The notes beneath the pieces were generated by a model that saw only the letters and a program-made list of their open reading frames with translations, had not been told where the DNA came from and did no database searches. The position numbers and the translations under genes were made by a program. A stretch of 64,000 nucleotides of DNA from the human T2T-CHM13v2.0 reference genome, Homo sapiens, in the NCBI RefSeq assembly GCF_009914755.1, contig NC_060926.1. One strand, given 5' to 3'. Shown here in pieces: positions 29,069 through 46,362 of this stretch (position 1 is its first letter; every line of letters starts with the position of its first letter).

Positions 29069-29424
29069 TGTATTAGTCCATTTTCACACAGCTATAAAAA
29101 ATACCTGAGACTGGGTAATTTATAAACAAAGACATTTAATTGACTCACAGTCTGCCTCTCTGAGAAGACCTCAGGAAACTTACAATCATGACGAAAGGTG
29201 AAGGGGAAGTAAACATGTCTTACATGGTAGCAGGAGAGAGAGAGAGTGAAGGAGGAAGTGCTACTTTTAAACCATTAGATCTCATGAGAACTCACTATCA
29301 TGAGAACAGCACGAGGGAAACTGCCCCCATGATCTAATCACCTCCCACTGGGTCCCCTCCTTGACATGTGGAGATTACAATTCATGTTGAGATTTGGGTG
29401 GGGACACAGAGCCAAACCATATCA
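29069..29424 (-). mobile_element. MSTA/THE1D-like MaLR solo LTR
   Basis: 'tgtattagtccattttcacacagctataa...ctgggtaatttataaa' to 'gagatttgggtggggacacagagccaaaccatatca'. Confidence 0.92.
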
Positions 29425-31060
<1,636 letters not shown>

Positions 31061-31513
31061 TTTGGTTTATGGTTTTTCCATTCTGCCAAACCACCTCTAT
31101 TTTAAGTCCCACATGAAAGGCTCTCTCAGGAAGGATGGTGAGATTAAATCAGAAGATGACAGTGGGATGGAGGTAGTGGTTGATCCTGTCAAGCCGTAGG
31201 GCCTTTGGCCAAGATGAGATGTAAAGATAGAGGTGAGAATTGATCACTGACTGTGCAGGAGTGAGGTTAAATGCATCATCCACTTGAGCAGGGTTAGAAT
31301 TAAGATGTCAGACACATCATATGCAGGATGATAAGCCAAGATCTGGGAAGAATAAGGGTATTGGGACACTCAGCGTCTATGATAATTGCCTGGATACTTA
31401 GGGGGATGTTAGTTACCTAACAAAAAGCTAACAGAAATAAAGTCACTGCACTGGAAGCAGTTCTACACTAGTTACCAGCCCACCCCCAGATTGAGATCTT
31501 CCCTTGTAATAAG

Positions 31514-31735
31514 ACAGCATGGCACAATGGTATAAGGAGCAGGACTTTCAAATCCAACAGGTGTGGACTCCAGCCCAGAACCACCACAGGGGAGCTGAAT
31601 GATATTGGATGAGGTTCTCAGTCCTTTCTAAGCCTCTGTAAAATGAGGAGGATTCTAATTTCTACCTCACAAGTGAGAAAAGCAACAAGAAAAAGGCCTG
31701 GCAAAGAGTAAGTGCTTTAAAATATCATTTTATTC
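31514..31735 (+). mobile_element. MIR SINE
   Basis: 5' 'acagcatggcacaatggtataaggagcaggacttt', core 'aagcctctgtaaaatgagg', 3' 'cctggcaaagagtaagtgcttt'. Confidence 0.7.
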
Positions 31736-31860
31736 CATTACAAATGATCATGAACCTATTAAAAGTAAGTCACTTCCCAAATGCCAGAAACTGTGTCCTT
31801 ATCCCTCCAGTATCCTCCTGGTCAACTTTGGGGGATCCATTTCATTCTGGTGCATGTGCA

Positions 31861-32207
31861 CAGTTATGCACCGCATAAGGACATTTTGGTCAACAATGGA
31901 TGTCTTATAGGCCAGTGGTCCCATAAGATTATAACATCATATTTTACTGCACTTGTTCTATGTTTAGATATGTCTAGATATACAAATATTTACCATTGCA
32001 TTGCAATTTCCTACAATATTTAGTACAGTAACATGCTGTACAGGTTGGTATCCTAGGAGCTACAGGCTATACCACATAGCCTAGGTGTGTAGCAGGCTAT
32101 ACCATCTAGGTTTGTGTAAGTACACTCAATGATGTTCACGTGACAACAAAATCGCCTAATAATGCATTTCTCAGAACATATACCCATCATTAAAGGATTC
32201 ATGACTG
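31861..32207 (+). mobile_element. Tigger3a (MER7A) Tc1/mariner MITE, full length
   Basis: TIRs cagttatg...catgactg followed by TA; internal 'gtggtcccataagattataa', 'ggctataccatctaggtttgtgtaagtacactc'. Confidence 0.92.
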
Positions 32208-32309
32208 TATTTCTATCTGCTGCAAATAGTGACTAGCAGCTTTTCACTGCTTTGGACTCTGTGCCTATGGATGCCGTAAGCCTCAGCACATAATCTTTTC
32301 TCTTCCAGG

Positions 32310-32780
32310 TCTTAACTCGGGCTCAAAACCCAGCCACTATTCACTTCCTGGACAGCGAAAGCAATAATAATTTATCTCTGCCTCAGTTTCCTCATCTATA
32401 AATGGGTCAAATCCTAGTCTTGGTTATGAATATAAGAAAATGAGAGGATATGCAAAAGTGCTCAGCAGAGTGCTCAGCACATATGGGCCTTCTATAAACA
32501 TTGGTTAAGTAAATGTACTATGCTAGACAGTGTAGTGTCTAAGAGTCTGTTCACAGATTGATGACAGATGATTTGGGTCAAATATAGGCTCTGCCACTCA
32601 TTAGATCTTGGGAAAGGTGCTTAAAGTTACTTACTTTCTCTCACCCTCAGGTCTTCCCTTGTGAACCAGGAAAAGGAATGATGTTCATCTCAGGGGATTT
32701 GTTCTGAGGATTAGCAGAAATGATGTATATAAACTGCCTGGCACGTTGGAACCACTCAGCAAATCTGAGCTTTTATTAAA
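32310..32780 (+). mobile_element. Two tandem MIR SINEs (~32310-32506 and ~32528-32780)
   Basis: 'tctctgcctcagtttcctcatctataaatggg' and a second copy 'ggctctgccactcattagatcttgggaaag...ctgaggattag...tgcctggcac'. Confidence 0.8.
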
Positions 32781-33814
32781 TATTATCACGACACTCCTAG
32801 CAGAGGATTGCTTGCTCTGGGGCTTGTTCAATTTGGGATAATATTCGAGTCAAGCGTGAGGGTGATGGCCAGCCTAATGTAATAGAAATTCTAGACTTCA
32901 ATTTTTAGCACATCATGTGATGGGCAAAGCTGGTTTGCAAGGCCCTGGGAGAACCCTTCCTTACCCCTCCACACCACCCAATTTACCAAAGACCTAGCCC
33001 ATCACATCCATAGTGGGTGTGGCCGGTATATGCATGAGCCATGATCTGAAGCCTTACTGGTTTGGGTCCAGGGGCTGCTCTGCCTCCTTATAGAGCTGGG
33101 CCACTTCCCTTCTTTTGGCCTTGGTACCAGAAAAAGAGAAATTGTCTTCTTTCCATCCTAAGTGGCTGGAGGGTGACACAAAGCATCTGAGTTTTCCTCT
33201 TTTTCCTTGTATGTTTCAGGATGGGCATCCCAAGGTCCCCAAAGGATGTGACCAGAATGAGGGGTTGGAATCACAGGTGTGCTAGCCACTAAACTCAGTA
33301 TGTAAGTTGGAAAAAAAGACTTGAGAAAGGGAAAGGAGATGGGAGTTGGAATTATTTTAATCTTAAAGAAGTTCGATATAATTATAAAACAAAACCTCAG
33401 TATCACAGCTGTGGTTATCCACCCAAACAGAATCTTCACAGTTTGAGAATTTAGCTTCCTATTCATTAGTGGCTCTCCCCCAGTTGTTGAATGTGTTCTA
33501 ATCATAAATGAATTCTTAATAGCTTCAAACCAAAGGAATTACAGCACAAAGGTCACTGTTTATTTTTAAATGGATTTTTGTAATGTAATACCAAAGATTT
33601 ATAATAAGAAAATTCACTTCTTCTGGAACTAGTTGGAGGATGAAAGGCCACTTTCCTCAAAGCTCCAGAGTGACAATGTCACATTAAAGTCACTGAAATA
33701 AATGGAGGTCCCAAGAGTAGCCCTACACTCCCATGCATATACTCACAGGGTTCTGTTTCAGGAAAAACTATCTGTAGCTCAGTCTCAGAGGGCCTGAGAA
33801 TATTGGCTAGTATA

Positions 33815-34235
33815 CAAGAGCAGGTACAGCAAGAAAAACTAAATTAACAATAACTTAAGTCAAATGAAAATTAATTTATTGCTCTCCTTAAAATCCAGGC
33901 CGATATGGAATTTCCATTGTAGTACCCAGTCCTCAGCAGCCCAAGTGCATTTATAATTTTCCTCATTTATGGTCAGCACATGTCTGGATGCCAGACACTA
34001 TAATGAGTAAAGGGGAAGGGGGAGGCATATACCTTGATTTTAAGGACACGAAGCAGATGTCCCACATCTCTTTTCTGCTCACAGGCCACTGGTCAGAATG
34101 TGGTCACATGACACACATTATGCAAGGGAAGCTGGCATATGTAATCCTAGCCCTGGGCAACCATGTTGTCAGCTAAAAATCCAAAAGTAACTGAAGTGAT
34201 GGGAAAGATCAGATGAGACATGGGGCAAACTGTGT
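33815..34235 (-). mobile_element. Ancient MLT1 (K/L/J-like) LTR
   Basis: 'cactggtcagaatgtggtcacatgacacac...tgcaagggaagctggcatatgtaatc...gggcaaccatgttgtcagctaaaa'. Confidence 0.7.
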
Positions 34236-36249
34236 TCATAAAGTCTAAAGACATTAATTTGGGTGTACCACAGGGCCTAGGAGAAGTTCCCATTATGAGC
34301 CAACTCTCAAAGCCTTCATCCATCTAGGTAGAACTAGTCATCCATTGCTACCTAGAAATGTATGCCTCAGTAGCAGATTTCTCAGACAGTGCCCATATTT
34401 TAGACCCTTTTATTCTATGTAGTCTAGTAGAAGAGATATGAGATAACTTAATGATTACACAAGTAGATAGCTATATATGCCATAGGAGATTCCAATTAAG
34501 TGTCAATAAATTCAGTAAGTACGGGTTATACTTGCCATGTAAATGCCACCTTTTTCATGGCCCACTCATTTGTCATATCTTATCAACTCATAAAGCCAAG
34601 TGATGTTAGTTCTTGGCTTTTCTAGCAAAGGTGGCAGCCAAGGAGAAAGTGTTCTAAGCTAAGCAAATAAATGTGTGTGGTTTCATTTTGACTAGGATGT
34701 AGGGAGCTGAGACTGAGCAATGTCAGATAGAAGTGGAAGGCTGGGGCCAGATTTTACAAAAGATGTTGGTATTATGTCTTCCCAAACAGATATTGCTAAC
34801 ATTGGACAGGTTCATCGAATTCCACTTACTAAGGCCACTCACTGACTTAGCAGAAAGTAAAATGGAATGTATAGACTATGCTCTACCTGGGTTAAAAAAT
34901 AGGCTACTATAAACTGTGGCAACCAGGCAACAAGCATTTCTCTCCTCTCTCCTTCCTTGGAATCTGCCCTAGGTAAGAAAGGAAGCAGCAGTAACTGCCT
35001 ATCTGTTGAGTTTTAAGGGGTACAAAAACTTGCTCACCAACTTCCCATGACAGGAAATTCCCAGGTATTAACTCAGTTTTATTTGGAGTATCATCATAAC
35101 TGCTGCTTTTATCCCCTCCTTTTCTTTCTCCTCCTCCTTTATCTTTATTACAAAAGGAAATATTGGACTATAGAGGCCTCATTTGTTAACGGATAAAGAA
35201 AAATGAGGAACAGGCATTTGGGTTCTAGTTCCAGGTCAGCCTTGAAAGTGTAACCCTGGCTCAGGCCATGCCTAGCTCAGCTCTTTGAAACAGATGTTTC
35301 ACTGTTTCATACCATTAGGGGGCCTGAGAAGAAGGGACTCCTCAATGACCTAGTTGAAAGATGTGTGGCCTTTTCTCACCAAGATCACTATGGGAAAGAA
35401 GGTAGTAGTGAAGAGATGATCTAAGAAAGGAGATAACATCAATTTTATTTTTTCTAATTACTGGCACTTGGGCAAGGCATTGGAGTCTTTGTAGGACGAA
35501 GACATGAGGATTCTAGACAATCTTTCTTAGATCCAAGGGGTCTGAGTAACACTGGGCATCGTGGATTTCACGGGAATATAAAACATAATGAAGCTACAAT
35601 GGACACATCAAATTATTATGGTGATTATGAGCACTCGATTATACATTTAACATGTGTCCCATTGATCATTAGGAAATTAATTAACAATTTAGGTAAATGT
35701 AATGGCATTTTTTCAGATAATGTGGTCCAAACACACAAAGATATGGAAAATGTGAGAGATTAAGAAAGGATTAGCAAAATAATTTGATTAGTGCTGTACA
35801 TCTTCTGAATGCTTCAAAAAGTTTGGAATAATCAATGTATCTGACTTTATTTGCCACAGGTGACGAAGTATCCTGAATGCACTCTTAGCACAGAGCTGTC
35901 TTTCTATCTTTGTGTTCAGGAAGTACAGTTTGTATTTTACAGATGTACCTTTAGCTACGTGAAAGCATAGCAAGATGAGGGGTAAAAAATGAGTTAAATA
36001 GAAAACAGCGTATTTTTGTTTTATTTTTGTGTTTCCTCAGGAAAGTGCTTTGATTCTTCCTGTTTTTTAAGAACACGTTTTCTAAATGTAAAGTTTTAAC
36101 CTCAGAGGCATCTTGGAAAGGAAATAATAGACTCAGCTTATATCTCTAGCACTACAAGTTAAATATCTTGAAGAACTTAAATACTTTAAAATACTAGCCA
36201 TAGTCCTAGCCCTGGGTAGCCATGTAAAATATGAAAAACACATATCTAT

Positions 36250-38563
<2,314 letters not shown>

Positions 38564-38574
38564 TCATTCAAATA

Positions 38575-39550
38575 TCATAGGGATATACAAATAGTGGTTA
38601 TGTATATATTGGAATACTGTATAGGAGTGAAAATGAACAAACCATTCCCCCAAACCTGTTCTTTTCTTCTTCCTGGCACATGTCAGCTCTGTCAGCTAGA
38701 AATGATTTTCCCAGCCTCCAGTGAAGCTAGGCCCTTCTCTATAACTAAGTTTCTGCCAAGTAAATGTTTGTAAATGTGATACGCTTTACTTTAACTTTGC
38801 TTTTACAATGAGATCTTAGCATTTCTTGGTCTAGACTTTTTCTTTTCTCTTTTCTGGGATGAAATATGACCATGCCTAGAACGAACCCAGCTTTGAGCAG
38901 ACAGTTGTGGTCATAGCTCTAGGGGGTGCCATGGCAACCAGATGGGTGATCCTGAGTCCTGTATGACCATGTAGAGTAAAGCCATACCCTGGCTTGCAAT
39001 GCTGTCTAAAAAAATCTTACCTGAAAGGGAAATTAACTTGTCTTGTTTAAGCCACTGCATTTTTTTTTTGTTATAGTAGCTTAGCCCCTGTCCTAATAAA
39101 TGCTATGTGCATCGATATGAATAAAGCTCTGAAGTATAATGTTCAAGTAAAGAATAATGTCACAGAAGATAGCATGTGGTGCCCTTCCATACCTATACAC
39201 ACACACAAATATATATACACACACACATATATATATATACATATGTAAAGTGGGGAAAGATACTACATATTTGTGTACATACACATACACAGAGACATTC
39301 AATGCTAAACAATATTTGCAGATTTATATACAGGGTAAAATTATGATATCAAATAATCTAAAACTCAGAATAATGATTGTCTTTGAGGAGTACTGTGGAA
39401 AATGTTATCGAGGAGTGATACACAAGGGGCTATTTATTAACCTAGATAGGTGGTGAGTAAATGGATGCTAATTCTATTATTATTTAAAATATACAATAAT
39501 GCTTTATACACTATTTTATAAGTATGAATAATTAACAAAGAAAATAAATA
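38575..39550 (+). mobile_element. L1ME3-like 3' end, interrupted by an MLT1 LTR
   Basis: 'ggaatactgtataggagtgaaaatgaacaaacc', then after the LTR 'aaaactcagaataatgattgtctttgagg', 'ggtggtgagtaaatggatgctaattctattatt'. Confidence 0.7.
38645..39100 (+). mobile_element. MLT1J-like LTR
   Basis: 'ttttcccagcctccagtgaagctagg...aactaagtttctgccaa' and 3' 'tcttgtttaagccactg...ttgttatagtagcttagcc'. Confidence 0.75.
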
Positions 39551-40059
39551 GCAGAAAATGGGGGGCCAGGAGGTCAGGTAGTTCAATTTAGTACATGCAC
39601 TATCTTTGACAAGTCACCTTAACTCTCTATGTCTCAACTTCCTTATCTGTAATAACAGATTCTTTTGGATTTAAATTCTATACATTTTCATTAAATCTTT
39701 GTACAGCCTGGACCATGTTTTCACAGAAGTCATAAGATTCCCTGAACATTGGACTAGTTTTAGAGAATAAAGGTTTTCCTCTCTCTGTAGTTTTAGAAGA
39801 CAGCATAATTTTGTAGGTTACGGAACAGAAAGTAGAGAATAGATCATAATAAGAACATTTAGAAAAAGAAGTTCAAGAAGCTGAATGAAGTTACCACAAT
39901 ATCAGAAACAGATGTGAATAAAGGTATATGTAAATTCTTTTTCATGTACTGGATCTAAAAAATGTTCAAAATATCCCTGGAAAGTTTTTGTTTGTCTTTT
40001 GCTTGGTTTGTTACTTTGTTTTTCTTGGGGAAAGATTTTTTTGAAGGTATTTGTTCCAC

Positions 40060-40232
40060 ATTAAGCCATGAAATTGTTTAACTGACTTTACTAAACTTCA
40101 GTTTCCTTATCTGTAAATGCAGAAAGATACTACTTATAGCATAGGATTATTTTCAGGATTAAATGAGATAATGCAAGCATAGTGCCAAGTACAGCATCTA
40201 GCACTTAGTAAGCATTCAATAGATGTTAGAGG
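40060..40232 (+). mobile_element. MIR (MIRb-like)
   Basis: 'cttcagtttccttatctgtaaatg...aggattaaatgagataatgc...gcacttagtaagcattcaatagatgttag'. Confidence 0.88.
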
Positions 40233-40621
40233 TGATGATGATGATGAGAAAGGAGAGAAAAATGATAATGAGATGGGGACTTCTGTATTTTAAACAGTGC
40301 AATGTTTTCCAGTAAAAACTCTGGGGTTTTAAGATTGTTTTAATAGAGTTATATTTGGGTAAATGTAACTAAGTCAAGAAAAAAACATTCAGTCCCTCTG
40401 ATGGTGAAGCATTCATTCCATGACCGTAAGGAGAGTGAAAAAAAATGCCCCCACGGGCAGGCATGGCTGCAAAGCCACTGATTCAGCATAAGTGTGAGCC
40501 TTAGTCATTCAAAAACCAGATTTTTCAACATCTATCTTTTTCTATTGATATGGGCTTGCTTTTCAGATGTGCTTCTGAATGTCAGTGATTAGACAAATTG
40601 GAAATATATCAGCAAAAATTA

Positions 40622-40858
40622 TTCTCACTCCTTCTTATTACTTCTTCCTCTCTGTCTTCCTCCTTCTCCTTCTTTCCCTTTTCCTCCCCCTTTTCTTCTT
40701 CCTCTTCATCATTTCCTTCCCTTTCTTCTATTCTTCCTATTCCAATTTTTTAAATAATCATCACAGCATCATCATTTATCAGTTATAGCAAACAACTTTT
40801 TTTCTTTCCAGCACCTCTTTCTCCTCCTCTTTTTCTTGATTCTTCTTTCCCTCACTTT
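40622..40858. repeat. CT-rich low-complexity region
   Basis: Pyrimidine-biased sequence seen directly. Confidence 0.7.
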
Positions 40859-40869
40859 ATATGGTAAAG

Positions 40870-41418
40870 AGGAGCATGGCCGTTCCTTCCCAATTCTCTA
40901 CCCAGCCACAGGTGAAGACACAGGTAGAAATCTGGCTAAACAGAGTAACCCAGCTAGCTGAATATGGTAATTGGTGAAGTGTTGATATCTGCCTCAAGGA
41001 AAGCCAATTAGACACTTGTCAGATATTTGAGATTTGATATATAGAAGCTGCAAAGAAGATAGAGCCTCCTTCTTCGTGATTAAAAAAAATTTATACAGAA
41101 GTTGCCTGTGGCTTTCTTAACCATAATCATTTGGAAGAATTTGTTTGCAGGAGGAAAGAGGCCAAAACAAATATAGAAGAATAAATGAAAGCAAGAGTGC
41201 AAGAGAGGCTGAGAGGAAGAGAGGGAGAGAGAATGAGAGAGAGAGGGAGAGATCTAGGGAAGAATTTGATGATAATTTTTGATAACTGGATTCAAAATTT
41301 CTCAAGCCACATTTATACATAAAAGTTTTTAGTTACATGAAAACATACCTTTTAAAAAATTGAGCCAGTTTGAGTTGGGTTTTTGTCATTGATACCCCAA
41401 ATATTTATTACATGATAA
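40870..41418 (+). mobile_element. MLT1K-like LTR with internal GA-rich tract
   Basis: 3' end 'ttttagttacatgaaaaca...tgagccagtttgagttgggtttttgtcatt'. Confidence 0.65.
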
Positions 41419-43214
41419 CTTGAATGAATTAACTTATTAAGGTTCAAGGTATAAATACAAGCACGTAAATTTGTAATCTAAAGGGACATGCAACATAAAA
41501 AATACATATTTTTCAGAGCACTCTTATTAGACACAGATAGTTCAACTAAATTTTTCTGGGAGATCTGAATAAGTCATATTCAATAGATGACTCAATTTGA
41601 GATAAAGTTTCTTAAGTTTCTAAACATGAAAGCATCTTTCTTATTGTATTCTGTGAACAGCAGTATACTTATACAATATTTGTTTATAAAATTTGTATGG
41701 TTTACAAACAGTAGTATAAGGAAAATTTAACATTTGTCATGCATCACGTGAATGGCTGAAACAGACACCACATTTGAAGACAATTTTAAAATCAACAAAA
41801 TCTGTTATTTTTCATTTGCTTTTAGCTCCAAATTTAAACAGAACAAAATGAATATAGTAAATATTTCACATATGTAAATACTGGTGTCACGTCTCTATTA
41901 ATCATGTAGTACAACATTTGATATTCTCAATTAAAACCCTTAATTTGCCTGCTATAGTGCCTGCAGTCCCTGGAGTAATTGCTCTCTTATTTTCCTGGAT
42001 AACTTATTTAGGGGAAAATAAAATAATGAAATGATCTTAAAAATGAAAAGGCCTGAAAATAGCGCTCTTATTTAAATTACAATACTTCACACTCATCTGA
42101 GATTTCTTCATCTCTGCAATAACGCAGCTGTTTTCCTCAGGGTGTTCTCACAAGTTCATAAGGAAAAAAATTGTTATGAGCCTTTGGAAACCCCAAGGAA
42201 GGCAGCTGTGTTTTTGATAAACTGGCTACAGTTTCAACACTTCAAGCTGTAGAGAAATTTACACGGGAATTTTCTGCATTATATATCCATGAGCAATACA
42301 TTTTCAACAATAACAACATACACTGTATTTAGTCAAAGTTTACACAGCAGAGCAGCCAGGCTGAACACTGTGAAATTAAAAACCTGACCTTTAGCAGAAG
42401 ACTCTGCCCTAAACATACAGAGTGTCATTCCCTCCAACCTCTACAAAAACACAAGGGAAATCAGGGCATGGTAAAGAGATGCACTGGCTGAACTTCCCAT
42501 CAGACATTCCAGCGTCACATGTTTCTTCGCGTTCAGTAGAGGGGATACGTCATAAATCAGTGGCATTAACCAAGGATTTTAGTAAAGAAAAAGTTGACCA
42601 GATCTTGAGTGATTGAAGGGCTGGGATGCTGCCAATCCGAAATTCTCTTGTGCATGAGGTTGTCCTGAATCTTCCCTGCTCCCTCACCTTTACTGTCAAA
42701 GCACTTATCCTTCCGATTCTGGACAAGGAAGGAAAATCCCCAGATTGAACCTATTTTAATGTTTTGTGTGTACCTTTTTAGGAAGTGTCCCAGGTTGTGT
42801 CCACCCAGTCATGCAGGGAAAATCATCATCAGTGTGTCCTATGGTGGAAGGTACTCACTTCTGCCTGATGTGCTTTCACCCCTTGTAGTTGTCTTTGCCT
42901 TGCGTTGAACAGCCTCCTAGATGATTCCTCCAGGCACAGCCGTCATTCTTTGTTAGATCTGTTCTCCATCAAACCAGCTCTCGTTATTCAGTGCTTGTTT
43001 CTTCCTTTGTGCACCGTTTATCCTGCTGACTTTTCTTTTACAGTTGCTTCTTGCTGCTCTCTTAGGCTTCTAGACAATGGTCATTGCAACAGATTATCTA
43101 AGAAAAGTCCAACTTCAACTTACTCTTGAGTGGCATCTCTCTTAAGAGGTCTGTAGAGCTCCATTTATTTGTTTGTCTGTTTATTTATTTGCTTTAGGGA
43201 GTGACATTGTTTCT

Positions 43215-43627
43215 GTGAATATTCACCAATCTCATTTATTGAGCACCTATGAATTCCTGTTATGGATTATATGTGTGTGTTTTCTAATGAAGAGGACAGA
43301 GACAGACAAGAAAATAAGTGACTGTTACAGCATGATGTGCACAGTCGGCAGAATAGGCAACACTTACAGCGCTGGAACTCAGGGCGTTCTTGTGGGGTGA
43401 AATTAGCAGTCTAACCATTCCTGTGCATTGATCATCACATGAGCAGCCTGCATGCGTGCTAGAGCTTCAAGTGGGTTGTGCTGTTGAATCAGCTACTTCA
43501 TGTTAGTCTCCTTTTATAGGTGAGTCTCCGAGGTAAAATAATTTTCCAGAGATCATAGAACTAGTAAATGACAGCAGCAGGATTCACAGGTGTGTCTATT
43601 TCCAAAGTCCATTTGTATCCTAACACC
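43215..43627 (-). mobile_element. L2 3' fragment followed by a MIR, both antisense
   Basis: 'catttattgagcacctat'; 'ccttttataggtgag...gatcatagaactagtaaatgacagcagcaggattc...tccaaagtcc'. Confidence 0.65.
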
Positions 43628-44053
43628 AAGAGAGACAATCTTTCTTTCTCCTTTATAAACCTGGTTTTATATCTCTGCTATACAGTCCTGGAATCGAGAA
43701 TCCAAGCTCATATTTGTTACACATTAAGAATAAGTGACATCTAATATAGATAAAAATAAATTATGATAATTTGATTAACTTACCATGTTAATACCTTTAC
43801 TACCTCTCTTTCACTAGGGCTGGGACAACCAGTAGTGTCACAGACATCAAAGCAACTTCATCTGTCTTATGCTGGACATCACCAATCAAGCACCACATAC
43901 ATTGCATACATCAAAACAACTCAATCTGTCCCATGGTAGACATCATCAGTCAAGCACCACATTCTGCTTTGCTTGTGCCAGGTATAGCCAGTGAGGTCTT
44001 CTCCACACAGTGCTCTGAGAATGCTGTACCTACAACCAGCCAGCTTTGGCAGA

Positions 44054-44504
44054 TGTCGTGGGCTAAACTGTGTTTCCCCCCAAATCGTATGTTGAAGTCC
44101 TTATCCCCAATACCTCAGGATCTTACTTTATTTGAAGATATGATCTTTGCAGTGGTAATCAAGGTAAAATGAGGTCATTAGGGTGAGCTTTAATCCAATA
44201 TGGCTGGATTCCTTATAAAAAGGGGAAATTTGGAGACAGATATGAACACAGGGCGAATATCATGTAAAGATGAAGGTAGAGATTCACAAGCCAAGAAGTG
44301 TAAAAGCCTTCCGGCAAACCACCAGAAGCCAAGAGAGAAGGAAGCAACAGATCTTCCCTCACAGCCCTCAGAGGAAACCAACCCCAATGGCTGACATCTT
44401 ACCCTTGGACTTCCAGCCTCTAGAACCCTGAAACAATCAATTACTGTTGTTTAAACCACTCCGTTTCTGATACTTTGTTATGGCAGTCCTACTAAACAAA
44501 TATA
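44054..44504 (+). mobile_element. MLT1B/C MaLR solo LTR
   Basis: 'tgtcgtgggctaaactgtgtttccccccaaatcgtatgttgaagtcc' to 'ggacttccagcctctagaa...tactttgttatggcagtcctactaaacaaatata'. Confidence 0.92.
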
Positions 44505-45888
44505 GTAAGTAGGATAAAAGCTATTTCCCACTCCTATATTTGGGAAGGAAGGCAAAAAACAAAACAAAACAAAAAAACAAATTAGTTGGTTCTACCCTTT
44601 CTTCTGCCACTATGATGCCGTGTACCCCCAAAACATTATTATTCTTAATCCAAATTCAGTCTTCCTGTTAGAATCAGTATAATGTATGGTCCCATGTGGC
44701 AGAATAAATTAGCAATGGATGAAATTAGGTGTTATCTACCTCAAATGTCCTTTAGGCTAAGCAAAGTTAACACATCACAGCAAATCACGGCCACACTCAT
44801 AGGCAAAGAACTAATACCATTCATTGGTAGCATGAAGCTGGGAGCAGTGGAAGTCACCTTTCACCAGTATTCCTCAACCCCTGTCCAAATTGTGCCACTA
44901 ATAAAGAGTACCTGCTCATGACATAGCCATGCTAGTAAATCTTGATATTAGGCACTATGATGCTTATATATGTTATTTCAACAAATGGCTATTACCACGA
45001 AGTAGAAGGATAAAAGTCAAAGGATGTGTGTGTGTAACTGTATGTGTGTGCATGCTTCATGCTAGGTGAAAATTAGACTATCTTGTATGCTATTGCTAAA
45101 TGAATAAGTTAATTGATGAATGAATGAATAATTGATGACACAGTGCCCAAAAAAGAGCATAGGTTTTGGCATGAGGCAGAATCAGGTTGCAAAGAATAAA
45201 GCACCACCACAGTAATGTTACTTTATTTCATACTCCTTGCTTTCATTGCCACTTTTATGCAAGGACTGCAGGCTCTCTTTCATTGAGCACCTTGACTTAG
45301 CTTTCATAGTCCTATTTCTAGCTTTGGGCAAGATTTATCTAAGGAGAACTAGGTGAACTCAGTTGAATAATTCCCACTTCAGGGACAATGACAGCCTTCT
45401 CCTCTTTTAGGAAAGAATGACTCTATTGAAAAACCAATGTTTTGTAAATTAAGATTTTATTAATCAATTACCATCTTGCAATAAGTGAGTGCACTAGCAG
45501 AAACCAAGCATGATGTACTGCACTAGTGATCAAAGAGTGTGTGGGGATGACATACCCATTTATGTCTCTCAAGGTAAATATTACAATCATAGCTCCCACA
45601 TTTCCAAGTCCTCTGTGCTGAATGGTACCTATTTTGTTCCTCATTCTTCTAAATTGCCCAATCAACCAGCTGGCCCTGAAGGCACATTCAGCAGTTATGG
45701 AACTTTGCATAAGGTAGCTAACGATGTCTTGTGCCTCATGGATTCCTTTTCTGTGACACTAGATTTCTTCCTGGTGTCATACCTGGGTCTTTCTGGCTTT
45801 TGAAGGTCATAAATAAGGCCAGAGAATTTTTAAAGTTTGCTCATATATTTTATATCATACCTCAAGTTCTCTTAAATCAGTAAGTTGT

Positions 45889-46035
45889 GACCAGGTGTGG
45901 TGGCTCACACCTGTAATCCCAGCTCTTTGAGAGGTTGATGTGGGAGGATTGCTTTAGCCCAGAAATTTGAAGATATGGTGAGCTATGATTGCACCACCTG
46001 GGCAACAGAGACCTTGTCTCTCCACTCACCCAAAA
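45889..46035 (+). mobile_element. Alu monomer (FRAM/FAM-like)
   Basis: Single ~145 bp arm with 'ggaggattgctttagccc...gtgagctatgattgcacca'; TSD AAGTTGT at 45882-45888 and 46036-46042. Confidence 0.82.
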
Positions 46036-46362
46036 AAGTTGTCTAAAACCAACCTCAGAATATAGCAAGGCACTAAATGTTTCACCAAAGAGAGGCATAG
46101 ATTCAGCATCACTTGACACAAGGGTTATGGCCCTCTCCAAATGGTGTTGGTTGACTTAACTGCCTTTTTCTTGTCAGTACTATAGGTAGGAAAGCTCTGT
46201 TAAAAGTTCCTTCTAGTCAAGACATTTTTTCCAACTTTTGCTCTTATTTCCTGCTTCTAAATCTTCTGGTCCTAATATAGGAGCTCTATTTAATTCCAAT
46301 GAAAATTAGTACTTATCTTAAAATAATACCTTAAAGTAAAATTAGTACTTACCTTAAAATAA

